In this document: piece after piece, positions 1 to 9,562 of the stretch
Position numbering within the stretch: the stretch's first letter is position 1
Layout: each line of letters begins with the position of its first letter
From: a phage
DNA length: 64,000 nt
Strand: one strand, 5' to 3'
Assembly: GCA_033664045.1 (NCBI GenBank)
Contig: GCA_033664045.1_3674.1
Notes under the pieces: generated by a model
Told to the model about the DNA's origin: nothing
The model's database searches: none
The model's input: only the letters and a program-made list of their open reading frames with translations
Translations under genes and position numbers: made by a program

Positions 1-2
1 TT

Positions 3-182
3 GATGGTCTAGCCACTTTTGGGTACAGTGACAACATTGATGCAGCCAGAAGCTCGGGTTGGATTGGATTTAAGTTTCAGTGGAACCCTGGTGGTAGAAC
101 ATTAGGTGTTGCAAGCATAGGTGTTATGCTACCTGGTAACCAGCAATACCATCTCGAAGCTTATACAAACTTCCCTAGTTAA
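3..182 (+). CDS. 3' end of a plus-strand gene continuing from upstream of the window (partial, hypothetical)
   Basis: Frame 3 is open from the window edge to TAA at 180-182 (…QWNPGGRTLGVASIGVMLPGNQQYHLEAYTNFPS*); followed by a terminator. Confidence 0.4.
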   Translation, partial: DGLATFGYSDNIDAARSSGWIGFKFQWNPGGRTLGVASIGVMLPGNQQYHLEAYTNFPS

Positions 183-195
183 CAGGAGGAAAATA

Positions 196-226
196 AAAAG
201 GGGCCAAACGGCCCCTTTCTTTTTAT
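196..226. terminator. Bidirectional rho-independent terminator
   Basis: GC stem GGGGCC/GGCCCC (200-215) with loop AAAC, flanked by an A-tract upstream and TTTCTTTTT downstream; sits between convergent genes. Confidence 0.6.
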
Positions 227-228
227 AA

Positions 229-429
229 TTAGTAATATTCCCAACACGACCCATCTTCAGACGGCTGGACACGTTTACCTTCATGATCGACATAGGTGTA
301 ACCACAGCCTTCACAGATAACAGGGGCCGCATAACCTTCCTTCCACTGGTCTTCTGTGATCAGTCCTTTCAGATCTCCGCAGTCACGACCAAACAACTCT
401 TCAGAACAATCTTTGCAAAAATCAGCCAT
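229..429 (-). CDS. Small Cys-rich protein (zinc-ribbon-like)
   Basis: Track ORF; CKDC…CEGC motifs; packed against the next gene; terminator immediately 3'. Confidence 0.5.
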   Translation of the reverse strand: MADFCKDCSEELFGRDCGDLKGLITEDQWKEGYAAPVICEGCGYTYVDHEGKRVQPSEDGSCWEYY

Positions 430-432
430 TTC

Positions 433-840
433 TCAGTCCTCGTATTTAACAAATTTTTCTACAGATCCACCAAGCACAGCTTGTTGTTTGATGGCACTTT
501 CTTCATCATAGTGGATAGACTTATGTTCCGTACCTCCAAACTTACCTGTGTGGAAGGTGTGCACCCAAATCTCTTTAGGAAGGGATTTATTCTCTTCCTC
601 CACCAACTCCCACATACCCCACAGGTGGTCTGTAATATCTTTGATGAAATATCCCTCACCAAGATTTGTATTCACACTATAGGCCGATTCGTGATCTCCG
701 CAAATATAACGGAAGGCAGTGTACTCTTTTCCTGGTGTGAAGTGGGTGTCCATTAGTATAGCTGTTAGAGAATAAGGATCTCGAAAACCTAAAAATTTTA
801 GTTTGACAATTTCAACCTTTATATCTGCAAGACTATCCAT
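433..840 (-). CDS. Hypothetical protein
   Basis: Track ORF, co-oriented and tightly packed. Confidence 0.5.
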   Translation of the reverse strand: MDSLADIKVEIVKLKFLGFRDPYSLTAILMDTHFTPGKEYTAFRYICGDHESAYSVNTNLGEGYFIKDITDHLWGMWELVEEENKSLPKEIWVHTFHTGKFGGTEHKSIHYDEESAIKQQAVLGGSVEKFVKYED

Positions 841-1009
841 ACTGCACCTCCGGCTTGTTTGTTATCGATATGGAGAATAATACTTCGCGAGGTGGAAGAT
901 GTCAAGATTAATTTTAAGCAATTTGAGAGGGTATTTTATTCAGGGGGGTAATCACATAGGGTATGGCAATTTATGAAGGCACAGGCCTCTTTTGAGGCCT
1001 TAAAATCGA

Positions 1010-1390
1010 TTATGACACTTTGACGTAGCGCTCTGACATAGCTGGAAAGCCAAAAGCAGTACCTATACTACCATATGCTACCCACCATTGAAGTTCATCG
1101 TGACACCATTTTCCGATCAGAAAGGTGCTGGGGTAGCGGGTCAGTATTTTGGCATAAGCTTTAGGGTCTGCATCCTCTGGGATAATGATACTTGGAACAT
1201 CTTTGTTATGACCACAGCAGCAGTTTAGAGTTTTCAATCCTGCCGCCCATAGACTCATGATAGGCTTAGCCATGCACTTATCAAGGCATACACGTTTTTT
1301 GCCGTCACGGAGCTTTTTAGGCACATCAACGATAACATTTTGATGCTTGGCACCTTTCACTTTCCAATTATAGGATTTACACTTGCACAT
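1010..1390 (-). CDS. Hypothetical Cys-rich protein
   Basis: Track ORF; GGAG ribosome-binding site upstream of ATG at 1390. Confidence 0.5.
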   Translation of the reverse strand: MCKCKSYNWKVKGAKHQNVIVDVPKKLRDGKKRVCLDKCMAKPIMSLWAAGLKTLNCCCGHNKDVPSIIIPEDADPKAYAKILTRYPSTFLIGKWCHDELQWWVAYGSIGTAFGFPAMSERYVKVS

Positions 1391-1420
1391 TCAATCAGTC
1401 TCCATCTATAAAGCAATACT

Positions 1421-1591
1421 TTACTTAAAATCTTTGTCACCTATTACAATTGCACGAATCCACTCATTGTGATGTTCAATGGCGGTAAGGTGTAACATAA
1501 TGTAGTGATTGTCATTACTAAACACGGTGCGGTAAGCTTTAGCAGCACCATGATATAACTTCCACATCAGGTAATGATATCTTCGCCTCAT
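1421..1591 (-). CDS. Small hypothetical protein (56 aa)
   Basis: Hand-translated ORF MRRRYHYLMWKLYHGAAKAY…; its ATG overlaps the stop of the upstream gene (ATGA). Confidence 0.3.
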   Translation of the reverse strand: MRRRYHYLMWKLYHGAAKAYRTVFSNDNHYIMLHLTAIEHHNEWIRAIVIGDKDFK

Positions 1592-2067
1592 GGCTCTTGC
1601 TCCGGTTCAGGGTCTGGGTAATCTTCAATAATAAAAGGCCATCCATTACGCTTTGCTTCAGACTTATACTTAATCTCCTTCATTGCAAACTCTAATTGAT
1701 TCTTAGCAGGAATGCAAGCCGGAGAATCATCCACCCAGATGTCGGGGTAGATATCGAACTGTGCCAAGTAGGCTGCCTTCTGCACACCTCCTGTATAGAA
1801 CACACCTACGTCCAACTCCTTGCGCCAATACTCAATGTCTACATTGTCTTGAGTGATGAATCGGAAAGTCACAAGGTATGGTGTCCACCCTTCCTTTTTC
1901 AAGTCCCTAATCAGGCGGGAGAAGATGAAAGGGCTCGCATTAAATGTCCCATCAAAGTCAATGGCAATGATGTGTGTTCCGTGGCGAGTCTCATATGGAT
2001 TGCTTGTGGTAAGATTGCTGTAGTTAAAAGGAACTTCTTCCCCGCAGTAGCTGTAGTCCATATTCAC
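1588..2067 (-). CDS. HAD-superfamily phosphatase-like protein (possible 5'-deoxynucleotidase)
   Basis: IIAIDFDGT resembles HAD motif I (DxDGT). Confidence 0.45.
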   Translation of the reverse strand: MNMDYSYCGEEVPFNYSNLTTSNPYETRHGTHIIAIDFDGTFNASPFIFSRLIRDLKKEGWTPYLVTFRFITQDNVDIEYWRKELDVGVFYTGGVQKAAYLAQFDIYPDIWVDDSPACIPAKNQLEFAMKEIKYKSEAKRNGWPFIIEDYPDPEPEQEP

Positions 2068-2339
2068 ACCTTCTCGTTGATAAATTTACGGGCGGTTTGG
2101 TGAGTTGTTTCTGCTGTCTTCAGAATGATATTAATTTTATTGTCAAGATCATTCATCTCAGCAGTTAATTCAGGAATCTCTCCGGCATGCATGGTGAAAT
2201 CATACATAGACATACTCAGGATCTCATTGATTCGGCGGTTGCATTCTGCAGCACGCTGGTTCATTTTCCAAGCTAACACCAGAGCCTCTTGCGTAGCCTC
2301 CAGTGCAAAGTCTAATACGTCAGCTTCTTCTTTCGTCAT
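2064..2339 (-). CDS. Hypothetical protein
   Basis: Track ORF; 4-nt overlap with neighbour. Confidence 0.5.
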   Translation of the reverse strand: MTKEEADVLDFALEATQEALVLAWKMNQRAAECNRRINEILSMSMYDFTMHAGEIPELTAEMNDLDNKINIILKTAETTHQTARKFINEKV

Positions 2340-2394
2340 CTCAGTTTCTCTTGTTGTATTGTTGATAGGTGCATGAACACCTTATATCTCACTT

Positions 2395-2961
2395 TTATTC
2401 AAACTGTAATAGCAAGTCCACCACCGCACTAGGCCTGTCAACAAATTCCCCAGGCCCACATGCCCATAGAGGGTATCCATCAACATACCGCCATATCCAA
2501 CCTGCAGTGTGGAGCTCAAGCAGGGCAGTGCCGTCCTTACTGTCAACTACTCTTTCCCACAGTGTTGGGCAGCGAAGCTTGAGAATAGGATCACCACCCT
2601 TATACCCATCCATGTAGATACCCATTGCAAAGTTCAGCATCATCTTTTTGTGCACTGATCTCTTATTGAGGGTGCTCATCACTTCTTCTTTGTGAATGTT
2701 TGTAAGCTTCTCCCTGGCTACCCGCAGATCGTTGCAACCATTGTTCAGCAGATCTTCCAGGCACTTGATCCGAAGGTCGTGAATGTCTTTGTCGTGTACC
2801 GTTGGCACAGGGTCGTAGCGGTATAGCACTGTTGATACAAGGTTGCTAGGGTGTGGGTCTGACAGCAACCCATAGCCCCAATACTCTTCTGTATCTGAAA
2901 GGACAAGACACCCAATGTCTCTGTCAAGCTTTCCTGTGTTGTAAGCCACATTGACAGCCAT
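2395..2961 (-). CDS. Hypothetical protein
   Basis: Track ORF, 188 aa. Confidence 0.5.
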   Translation of the reverse strand: MAVNVAYNTGKLDRDIGCLVLSDTEEYWGYGLLSDPHPSNLVSTVLYRYDPVPTVHDKDIHDLRIKCLEDLLNNGCNDLRVAREKLTNIHKEEVMSTLNKRSVHKKMMLNFAMGIYMDGYKGGDPILKLRCPTLWERVVDSKDGTALLELHTAGWIWRYVDGYPLWACGPGEFVDRPSAVVDLLLQFE

Positions 2962-2963
2962 GA

Positions 2964-3209
2964 CTATAGCTCCACTAGCAAAGTGCTTTCAAAGTGCCTC
3001 TCATGCAGACCGTTGTAAGGCACCACTTCCACAACGCCATCACGGACATATGGGGCCATCATGGTGGCATAATCTCCAAACGGGTTGGTATTGTCACTAA
3101 CCACAACCACCTTCTGTCCTTCCTTGGCAGAGTGCCAAATAGACCTGCACTTCATCAGGTGTTCGAGAGCTCCGGGTAAAATTTTGTTACGTTCTTTACG
3201 GGTCTTCAT
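2964..3209 (-). CDS. Hypothetical protein
   Basis: Track ORF, packed. Confidence 0.45.
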   Translation of the reverse strand: MKTRKERNKILPGALEHLMKCRSIWHSAKEGQKVVVVSDNTNPFGDYATMMAPYVRDGVVEVVPYNGLHERHFESTLLVEL

Positions 3210-3655
3210 AACAGGTATAGCTCCTTATGAAAGTAGTCTTTTAATTTCTCACTGAGAAACTTCTTGATACCTTCCTCTAAAGTGTTTTCGATGTAGTCCA
3301 GCTTAACTGCTTCGATGGACATATCATAGATCGCCAGCTCTAAGCTGTCAAGTCCCATCATAGCATGAACCATAAGATTTTCATCTTCAGATACATTCAA
3401 GGGACTTCCTATAACATCTGTAGGTAGGATAGTCTCCCAATTATTCTGGGGAGTAGTTCTCCCGCCATCCACTTTCCGGCGCAGTTCGAAGGTGTTCTTA
3501 GTGTAGAACACTTCATAAGAAACGATACGACTGTCACTCTCATAATAAACGAAGTTCAGGTAGGAGCCTAGCCGCAGTCGGCAAACTTCTACCCCAAACC
3601 ATTGTTTCTTATAGGAATTCAGGCTAATGCTGTCGCATTCACGTTTGCTCAACAC
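3206..3655 (-). CDS. Hypothetical protein
   Basis: Track ORF; 4-nt overlap with neighbour. Confidence 0.5.
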   Translation of the reverse strand: MLSKRECDSISLNSYKKQWFGVEVCRLRLGSYLNFVYYESDSRIVSYEVFYTKNTFELRRKVDGGRTTPQNNWETILPTDVIGSPLNVSEDENLMVHAMMGLDSLELAIYDMSIEAVKLDYIENTLEEGIKKFLSEKLKDYFHKELYLL

Positions 3656-3671
3656 GGCTCTCTCCTTTTTG

Positions 3672-3905
3672 TTAATCTTCGTAAATCAGGATTTCTGCTT
3701 TAGGTTTTCGTGCTTTCAAGTCCAGCTCTATCCAGTGCACCATAGCTGTTTCAAGAAAAACAGCTTGGATGCATCCGTCCTCAGCGTGCCCCACCAACAT
3801 AACAAGATCTTCACATTCGTCATCTGCATCACGAACATACAGAATCTCCCCAGATTCAAAGTCTTTCACAACCTGATTGCTGGATAATTTACGAATTTTT
3901 GCCAT
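3672..3905 (-). CDS. Hypothetical protein
   Basis: Track ORF. Confidence 0.45.
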   Translation of the reverse strand: MAKIRKLSSNQVVKDFESGEILYVRDADDECEDLVMLVGHAEDGCIQAVFLETAMVHWIELDLKARKPKAEILIYED

Positions 3906-3906
3906 A

Positions 3907-4170
3907 TCAGAAACCCTCTAAAAAGCTCTTGTAGAAAATAATTTCAGTATCAACACCAGTCACGATCTTGTCGTTCCTGATTTCATCGGTAAGATAGGTG
4001 TCAAAACGCAGAACCTGTGTGGTATTGTCGCACATCCACTCAGCTGTGACCATGGCGAAAATCTTAGCATCTTCATTATCTGGTGTAAATGTTACCACCT
4101 CACCACATTTAAATTTTTCGATAGGTTGCGTGTTAGCTTTCGGTTCTGCAATAGTGATTTTCGTGGTCAT
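3907..4170 (-). CDS. Hypothetical protein
   Basis: Track ORF. Confidence 0.45.
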   Translation of the reverse strand: MTTKITIAEPKANTQPIEKFKCGEVVTFTPDNEDAKIFAMVTAEWMCDNTTQVLRFDTYLTDEIRNDKIVTGVDTEIIFYKSFLEGF

Positions 4171-4436
4171 TACTCTTCCTCCATAGTTTCACCAAATACT
4201 TCGATACGAGCATCGAGCTCGGTTGCTTTCAGCTCCCCAACAAAGTATTTTAGTTCTTTCTCGTCCAGATCGTAAGCCCACACACAAGAAGAACATGCAG
4301 ATTTCACAATCAGCAGCGTAGATACACGACCTGACTCTGTGATCATGCTCACAATGGTTCCCACAGGGAACGTGTTGATAGCTTTTTTAACTGGGCGTTC
4401 AGCTTTAATTACTACCTCTGTTGCCATAAATAACAT
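4170..4436 (-). CDS. Hypothetical protein
   Basis: Track ORF. Confidence 0.45.
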   Translation of the reverse strand: MLFMATEVVIKAERPVKKAINTFPVGTIVSMITESGRVSTLLIVKSACSSCVWAYDLDEKELKYFVGELKATELDARIEVFGETMEEE

Positions 4437-4442
4437 CCTCTC

Positions 4443-5903
4443 TTACTTAGCGTACTCGATTAATTCCACAGTTTTCCCAAAGCTAGGGATATAATTTTTA
4501 TTATACCCTTCGGTGAGAACCCATAAAGTATCGTACTTTTTCCACTTGTTGTCAACAGCCTTTTGTTCAAAGTTATGCTCAAAGTATAGGTCGGTCAGGA
4601 CGATGACATCTTTTGCATTTGGTATGTTGGCATCCAGATACTCGAACACGCAAGCAGCTGTTGTGCCCCATGTTGAGTGGACCTCATAGTTGATCATCTC
4701 GTCTATGTTGCCGCGAGTATATACTTTAACCTCTCCGACTTCAGTTGACCAACAGAACATTGTAACCTTAAACTCTTTATACAGATTGCACAATCCGGTG
4801 ATTTCATTGAACATTTTCTTTAAAGTTCTTTGAGAGATCGAGCCAGAAACGTCTAAAGCTACCACAATATCTATGGTGTTTTCCGGATTACGACCAGGAA
4901 CAATAACGTGCTGGTTCTTGTTTATAGCCCCAACTTTTCGCATTGTGCTGGTCAAAGACCCAGATCGGCGACCAGGTTTTCTGTAGGTCAGTTCAGCCTT
5001 TCGTTTAGACAACATGCGTTGCTTAATGATGTCTATATAGTTGATTACAGGCTTGCCTCTGTTCTTGACAAACTCACGCACCGCCTCAGGGCAACGGCCT
5101 CCGGACGCTTGCATTGCTGCTTCCAGCATGTCACCAGAGTCTTGCATGGCCTGATCTTTATCAGATTGGCTGATTACAGGTTGTGGCTGATCATACCCCA
5201 TAGCCTTTCCAAGATCATCACTGGTACCACCGTTCCCACTCATGTGATCATCTGTTTGTCGCTTATCTCCTTGAGAGTTCTCACCTTTACCGCTCTTATT
5301 TTTACCGTTATTCTGATCTCTTTGCTTATCAAGAACTGCATAGACGTTCTCAGCAATCCATCCATGAAACCTCATGTCGCAGTAGCAGCTGGCTAAGAAA
5401 CCAAAAGGCTTACCTTTCACGAACGTAGTGCTTTTCCCCTTCGGGAAGAAAACACAAGGAGGCTTGCTAAAGTCAACCACAAGTCCTGTGTTGATAACGT
5501 GATCACAAGCAATATTGAACAGTTCCGGCTCAAAGCTTTTACCACGGACCAGGTGATCACAGATAATATGCCCCACCTCATGCGACAGAAGAAAGGCCAC
5601 CTCTTTCACAGATTTTGGGGAATAGAAAACTTCAGCCATCTCAAACTGCTCGTTAGTTAGAGAGGCCTTAAGAATAGCCTTGCGTTCATCAGCCAACCCC
5701 ATAATGAACTCAGGACTGTAATAGATACGTTTATGGTCGGTTGCCATGGTAGAGCACCATGTGTGGTTCTCTACGAACTGCAACCCTGACAGTAGTGTGC
5801 CATAAAACGGCAGCTTTTCAAGAAGATACATACGTGCAGCCTGCAACATTCTCAGGGCATCATCTTTCTGTGAGGCAATGATTTCTGAACTTCTGCTATC
5901 CAT
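4443..5903 (-). CDS. Metallopeptidase-like (HExxH) plus von Willebrand factor A domain protein
   Basis: HEVGHIICDH (HExxH) in the N-terminal half; DIVVALDVSGSIS MIDAS-like motif in the C-terminal half; start placed at ATG 5903 (track start 5924 is TTG) with GGAG site. Confidence 0.7.
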   Translation of the reverse strand: MDSRSSEIIASQKDDALRMLQAARMYLLEKLPFYGTLLSGLQFVENHTWCSTMATDHKRIYYSPEFIMGLADERKAILKASLTNEQFEMAEVFYSPKSVKEVAFLLSHEVGHIICDHLVRGKSFEPELFNIACDHVINTGLVVDFSKPPCVFFPKGKSTTFVKGKPFGFLASCYCDMRFHGWIAENVYAVLDKQRDQNNGKNKSGKGENSQGDKRQTDDHMSGNGGTSDDLGKAMGYDQPQPVISQSDKDQAMQDSGDMLEAAMQASGGRCPEAVREFVKNRGKPVINYIDIIKQRMLSKRKAELTYRKPGRRSGSLTSTMRKVGAINKNQHVIVPGRNPENTIDIVVALDVSGSISQRTLKKMFNEITGLCNLYKEFKVTMFCWSTEVGEVKVYTRGNIDEMINYEVHSTWGTTAACVFEYLDANIPNAKDVIVLTDLYFEHNFEQKAVDNKWKKYDTLWVLTEGYNKNYIPSFGKTVELIEYAK

Positions 5904-5936
5904 TAAAACTCCAGAAGGGGCCAATGGCCCCTGTCA

Positions 5937-6926
5937 TTATTTAACGTGTTTGAAAATACCTGCCAACTCGGTCATTGTCATGCGGGTGGTCTTCATAAGG
6001 TCTGTCATAGCCTTCTCCATAATTGGAGATACTACCATAAAGTTACCCTTGGTGAAACCTTTATTCCAGTCGGTCACTAATAGTGGTTTAAGTCCGACCC
6101 CGAGACGCTCACCAGTTAAAGCACAACATTTTCGAATGTACGTGCTCTTAAATTGACTGAATGACAGATCAACTTTCATACCTGCATCGTAGAACGTCTG
6201 ACAATAGAAAGTGTAAGCTTTGGCAATCTCAACATCGTCAGGCAGTGCAGGAACCTCTTCTGTGAGCTCTTCTTCGTCCCCTTGAGGCTCTTTTTCCTCT
6301 TCGTAAGCCTGTTGCGCCACTTCTTTAATCTCCTCTGCTGCAGGCTCGTTTACAATGTCAGAAATGTGCTTGTTGGCTCCACGGTTAGCCATGAAGTTTT
6401 TAAAATCCTGCATTGGTGACATATCTTCCTCCCATTCTTCGTCAAAGAGTGCCAGTTTATCCTCTTCCGTCCCATATTGCAAGATGAAATCTTCAAAAGT
6501 GTAATCACCTTTCAATTTCTCCATGCGCTCTTCGCTCAGGTGGAGCATCATCTGCTGGACAATTTTTCGATCAGTTTTGTCTTTAATCAAGATTGCGGTC
6601 TTTTTATCTACCAGGCAGTCTTTCAGAGAGTTACACCTCAATCCTACCACACAACAGTTATCAATTGCGTAAGGACCTTCATCATCTATCCGCTCCAGAG
6701 ATGGGTAGAAAGGATTCCCCAGCCCGTTTTCATCTGTGTGCATGTCGAAAGGTATAAGGGTATAGTCGCATACCCCCTCTCCTAAAAGTTTTTTACCAAA
6801 TAGGAGGTATTCTTCCCATGACAGGTTGAACTCTATATCTCGTTTCCGTGCATTATTTTGTTTGCGTCTGTATTTTTTGAGCAGGCGCTCTAACTCTTCT
6901 GGTGTATAATATTTTTCAAGATTCAT
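5937..6926 (-). CDS. Hypothetical protein (acidic central region)
   Basis: Track ORF 5937..7121 trimmed to the internal Met (MNLEKYY…) because the upstream part overlaps the divergent promoter region. Confidence 0.5.
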   Translation of the reverse strand: MNLEKYYTPEELERLLKKYRRKQNNARKRDIEFNLSWEEYLLFGKKLLGEGVCDYTLIPFDMHTDENGLGNPFYPSLERIDDEGPYAIDNCCVVGLRCNSLKDCLVDKKTAILIKDKTDRKIVQQMMLHLSEERMEKLKGDYTFEDFILQYGTEEDKLALFDEEWEEDMSPMQDFKNFMANRGANKHISDIVNEPAAEEIKEVAQQAYEEEKEPQGDEEELTEEVPALPDDVEIAKAYTFYCQTFYDAGMKVDLSFSQFKSTYIRKCCALTGERLGVGLKPLLVTDWNKGFTKGNFMVVSPIMEKAMTDLMKTTRMTMTELAGIFKHVK

Positions 6927-6957
6927 AAGTTGTCTCTTGTGCCCTGTAGGTGAAGAA

Positions 6958-6986
6958 ATCTTATCAAGTGCCTCGACAGATGTCAA
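6958..6986 (-). promoter_or_regulatory. Sigma70-like promoter for the leftward block
   Basis: Minus strand: TTGACA (6986-6981), 17-bp spacer, TAAGAT (6963-6958). Confidence 0.45.
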
Positions 6987-6999
6987 CCTCAAAAACGTG

Positions 7000-7028
7000 T
7001 TGACTTTACTATAAATCCACGATATAGT
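7000..7028 (+). promoter_or_regulatory. Sigma70-like promoter for the rightward block
   Basis: TTGACT (7000-7005), 17-bp spacer, TATAGT (7023-7028). Confidence 0.5.
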
Positions 7029-7068
7029 GCACCCATTCGAAAGAAAACGAACACAGGAGCACTTAATC

Positions 7069-7968
7069 ATGGCAAATCTTAACAGCTTTAGCACTCGGTG
7101 GAAACAAGATATCACAACCAATCTCTCAGCAGGTGATATCCTTTCTGCAATTTACGAGGCTTTGGATGATAAAGCTACTTCAAAATCGGTTTGTACCAAC
7201 CCGCTAATTCCTGTAGTAATGAAGGTTATTGAGCGTAGGCTGGTATCCGGATCTGATAAGTGGACATATCTGGATAATGGAGGCCACACTTACTCCAACG
7301 GCTATGTCGATATAAAAGTAGAATATGCGGTATCATATCGCCGGAGCGGCTCTGTAACTTTCAACTTCTCTGGTGGTTTCCGATCTCTGGCAACTTCACC
7401 TTTTGTTTCCTCAGAGGAGAAGTTTGAACTTCCGTTCCTTTGGATGATGGCTAACGCGACAGGCAAAACCCCTGTAAGCATTCGCGTAAAATACAACTAC
7501 AATGGATCTAGTAAGATCTATGCCGAGAGTGTCTCAGCAAGTTTTTATTTTGTGATGGGGGATGGAATCCTCAAACATATAAAGATGTGTGATATGCATG
7601 ATGTTATAAATGAAGTGACTGATAAGAATGTTCTGGTGAAGGATCTCAACAATTTTTATACACCGGGAGACTATTACGTCAACCGTCCACTGTGCATCTT
7701 TAATGCTGCACACCCTTTAGGTGAGTATTTGATTGCCAATAGTGATATTGCCAATAACCGCTTCGAGGTATCAAGAGTACAGAATGAGGTGTTGACATCT
7801 TGCAAGAGCGGTGATAAGTTTACCGAAGAAGAGATGGGTGTTTTAGAGATGATGGGATATAAGTGTAGCCTTTGGGTAGATGAGGTGTTTAATGACGGCA
7901 TCTATGGACAGGATATTTACCCGTTAAAGAAGTACACTGATTCCAGTTTAATTTACGCGGAGATTTGA
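7069..7968 (+). CDS. Hypothetical protein (299 aa)
   Basis: Track ORF; start at ATG 7069 after AGGAG site, downstream of the promoter. Confidence 0.55.
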   Translation: MANLNSFSTRWKQDITTNLSAGDILSAIYEALDDKATSKSVCTNPLIPVVMKVIERRLVSGSDKWTYLDNGGHTYSNGYVDIKVEYAVSYRRSGSVTFNFSGGFRSLATSPFVSSEEKFELPFLWMMANATGKTPVSIRVKYNYNGSSKIYAESVSASFYFVMGDGILKHIKMCDMHDVINEVTDKNVLVKDLNNFYTPGDYYVNRPLCIFNAAHPLGEYLIANSDIANNRFEVSRVQNEVLTSCKSGDKFTEEEMGVLEMMGYKCSLWVDEVFNDGIYGQDIYPLKKYTDSSLIYAEI

Positions 7969-7970
7969 CT

Positions 7971-8243
7971 ATGATGAAGTCATGTGGTAGTGTATATTAT
8001 GTTGGTGAGAATGTTCAGGCAGATAGTGTGTGGAAATCCATTAAGTCCACCACCGATGATGCCTTCTTGAGCGGGTTATGTTTCCCCAATCCCGGAGACA
8101 TTCTCCCTCACCCTGGGGATTTTGTTGTCAACAAGACGGACGGTTATACAGTGTGCCTGATGGTTGAAAAAATCTTTTTAGACACTAGACACAATCACCG
8201 TCTTGTGTTAAAATTTCAAGAATGTAAAATGACAATTGCCTAA
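7971..8243 (+). CDS. Hypothetical protein
   Basis: Track ORF; ATG 7971 preferred over TTG 7965. Confidence 0.5.
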   Translation: MMKSCGSVYYVGENVQADSVWKSIKSTTDDAFLSGLCFPNPGDILPHPGDFVVNKTDGYTVCLMVEKIFLDTRHNHRLVLKFQECKMTIA

Positions 8244-8256
8244 GGAGGCCTTACCT

Positions 8257-8613
8257 ATGTCTAAAGTTACTTATCGTGCAGCTATTTACTGCAATGAGCA
8301 CCCAATCAATAATGATGGTCACTGCCTTTTTAAAGAAAATCAGTTGGGCTGCATTGTCCTCCCTGATGAAGGGGAAGGTTATCTGATTGCATTGACAGGG
8401 TTTGAGCCTGAAGCTCTGGAAGCCAATCTGGACTACCTGGTGGAAGAGGGTGCTGCAGACTTGGTTGCCAATGGCCTCTCTGTAAGCCTTGACGAAGTGG
8501 AGCGCTTCATGGGCAATTACCGTGTAGTGCGTGAGTTTACTATCGAGGTGGAAACTCCAGAGTGGGGTAGCACTGAAACTAATGCCGAAGAAAAAGAAGA
8601 GGAGGTAGAATAA
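8257..8613 (+). CDS. Hypothetical acidic protein
   Basis: AGGAGG site then ATG 8257. Confidence 0.55.
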   Translation: MSKVTYRAAIYCNEHPINNDGHCLFKENQLGCIVLPDEGEGYLIALTGFEPEALEANLDYLVEEGAADLVANGLSVSLDEVERFMGNYRVVREFTIEVETPEWGSTETNAEEKEEEVE

Positions 8614-8870
8614 TGAAAGTACAGATCTTGACTAATGCCGAGAAGATGTTTATTGAAGATACACCTTTTGAAGCTGGTGAGCTCCAGTTTGTTTATTTTG
8701 TTGACTTAGATAAGGTGTTTCCTGCACTGAATCTGGGTCTGGATGAAGTTCCTCATAAGGTTTTGTGTCAAGTTGTTCGTGCCTTAGCGGCAGATGGAGA
8801 GTTCCACACCCTTCAAGATATCCAGACCTACGGGTATCTTGAACTACAACGAGAAGAAGAGGTGAACTGA
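8613..8870 (+). CDS. Hypothetical protein
   Basis: GAGGAGG site; overlapping stop/start. Confidence 0.55.
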   Translation: MKVQILTNAEKMFIEDTPFEAGELQFVYFVDLDKVFPALNLGLDEVPHKVLCQVVRALAADGEFHTLQDIQTYGYLELQREEEVN

Positions 8871-8872
8871 TA

Positions 8873-9253
8873 ATGGCCCGGTGGAAGACAACAGTTGACC
8901 TGCATGATCAGTGGTTAGGACGCATCACTGAAGACGGGAAACTAGCGGAGTGGGACAATAAGCATGTTAGCGAGTTGGCAAGCATTGTGGCTGGCAAGTT
9001 ACGCTCCAAGTTCCCTGAACAACTGAATCCTGATAGTTCAAAGTTCGATCCTGAGTTGGAGGATGTTGTATACTACTTCGATACCGTGGATGACTACGAT
9101 GCGTGGCTTGCAGCACGGGAGCTTTACCCACAAGGCTCTGCTATGCGCCAGATGGAAGAAGATTATCCTCCGTGCGAGCAATTTAATAGCGCAATGACTT
9201 GCCTCTACGATTGGGCAGATAAGAACCTTGTCTGGATTCGGACTGCATTCTAG
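8873..9253 (+). CDS. Hypothetical protein
   Basis: Track ORF. Confidence 0.5.
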   Translation: MARWKTTVDLHDQWLGRITEDGKLAEWDNKHVSELASIVAGKLRSKFPEQLNPDSSKFDPELEDVVYYFDTVDDYDAWLAARELYPQGSAMRQMEEDYPPCEQFNSAMTCLYDWADKNLVWIRTAF

Positions 9254-9259
9254 CAGGCG

Positions 9260-9562
9260 GTGGCAAGGATGCCACTTAAAAGAGTAATGAACATGTTATA
9301 CCAGAAACACGAACTTTGTGCAGAAAAAGAGTTAAATTTTGACAAAGTTATCCACAGATATTGTTATGGAAAAACCGGAAGACAACTAAGAAGATGCACT
9401 CCAGCATTCTTTCACCCCAGCAGGCGGCTAAGTCCTGAAGAGGCGACAGCAGAAAGGGTTGCATACAACTGGGAAGTTGTGTACGATATTGACAGATCCG
9501 ATGTGACATCTGTTTTGGAAAACTTTGAAAACACTTACACACAAGTAGAGGACTTTTACTAA
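9260..9562 (+). CDS. Hypothetical protein
   Basis: Track ORF; exact start uncertain. Confidence 0.4.
   Translation: MARMPLKRVMNMLYQKHELCAEKELNFDKVIHRYCYGKTGRQLRRCTPAFFHPSRRLSPEEATAERVAYNWEVVYDIDRSDVTSVLENFENTYTQVEDFY

Noticed and set aside
283-756. Plus-strand ORF 283..756 (157 aa)
   Set aside because: It overlaps two tightly packed minus-strand genes that end at a terminator and has no ribosome-binding site.
5937-6926. Degenerate HNH-like motif (ERIDDEGPYAIDNCCVVGLRCN) in the 329-aa protein
   Set aside because: The conserved His and Asn residues are not convincingly present; left as hypothetical.
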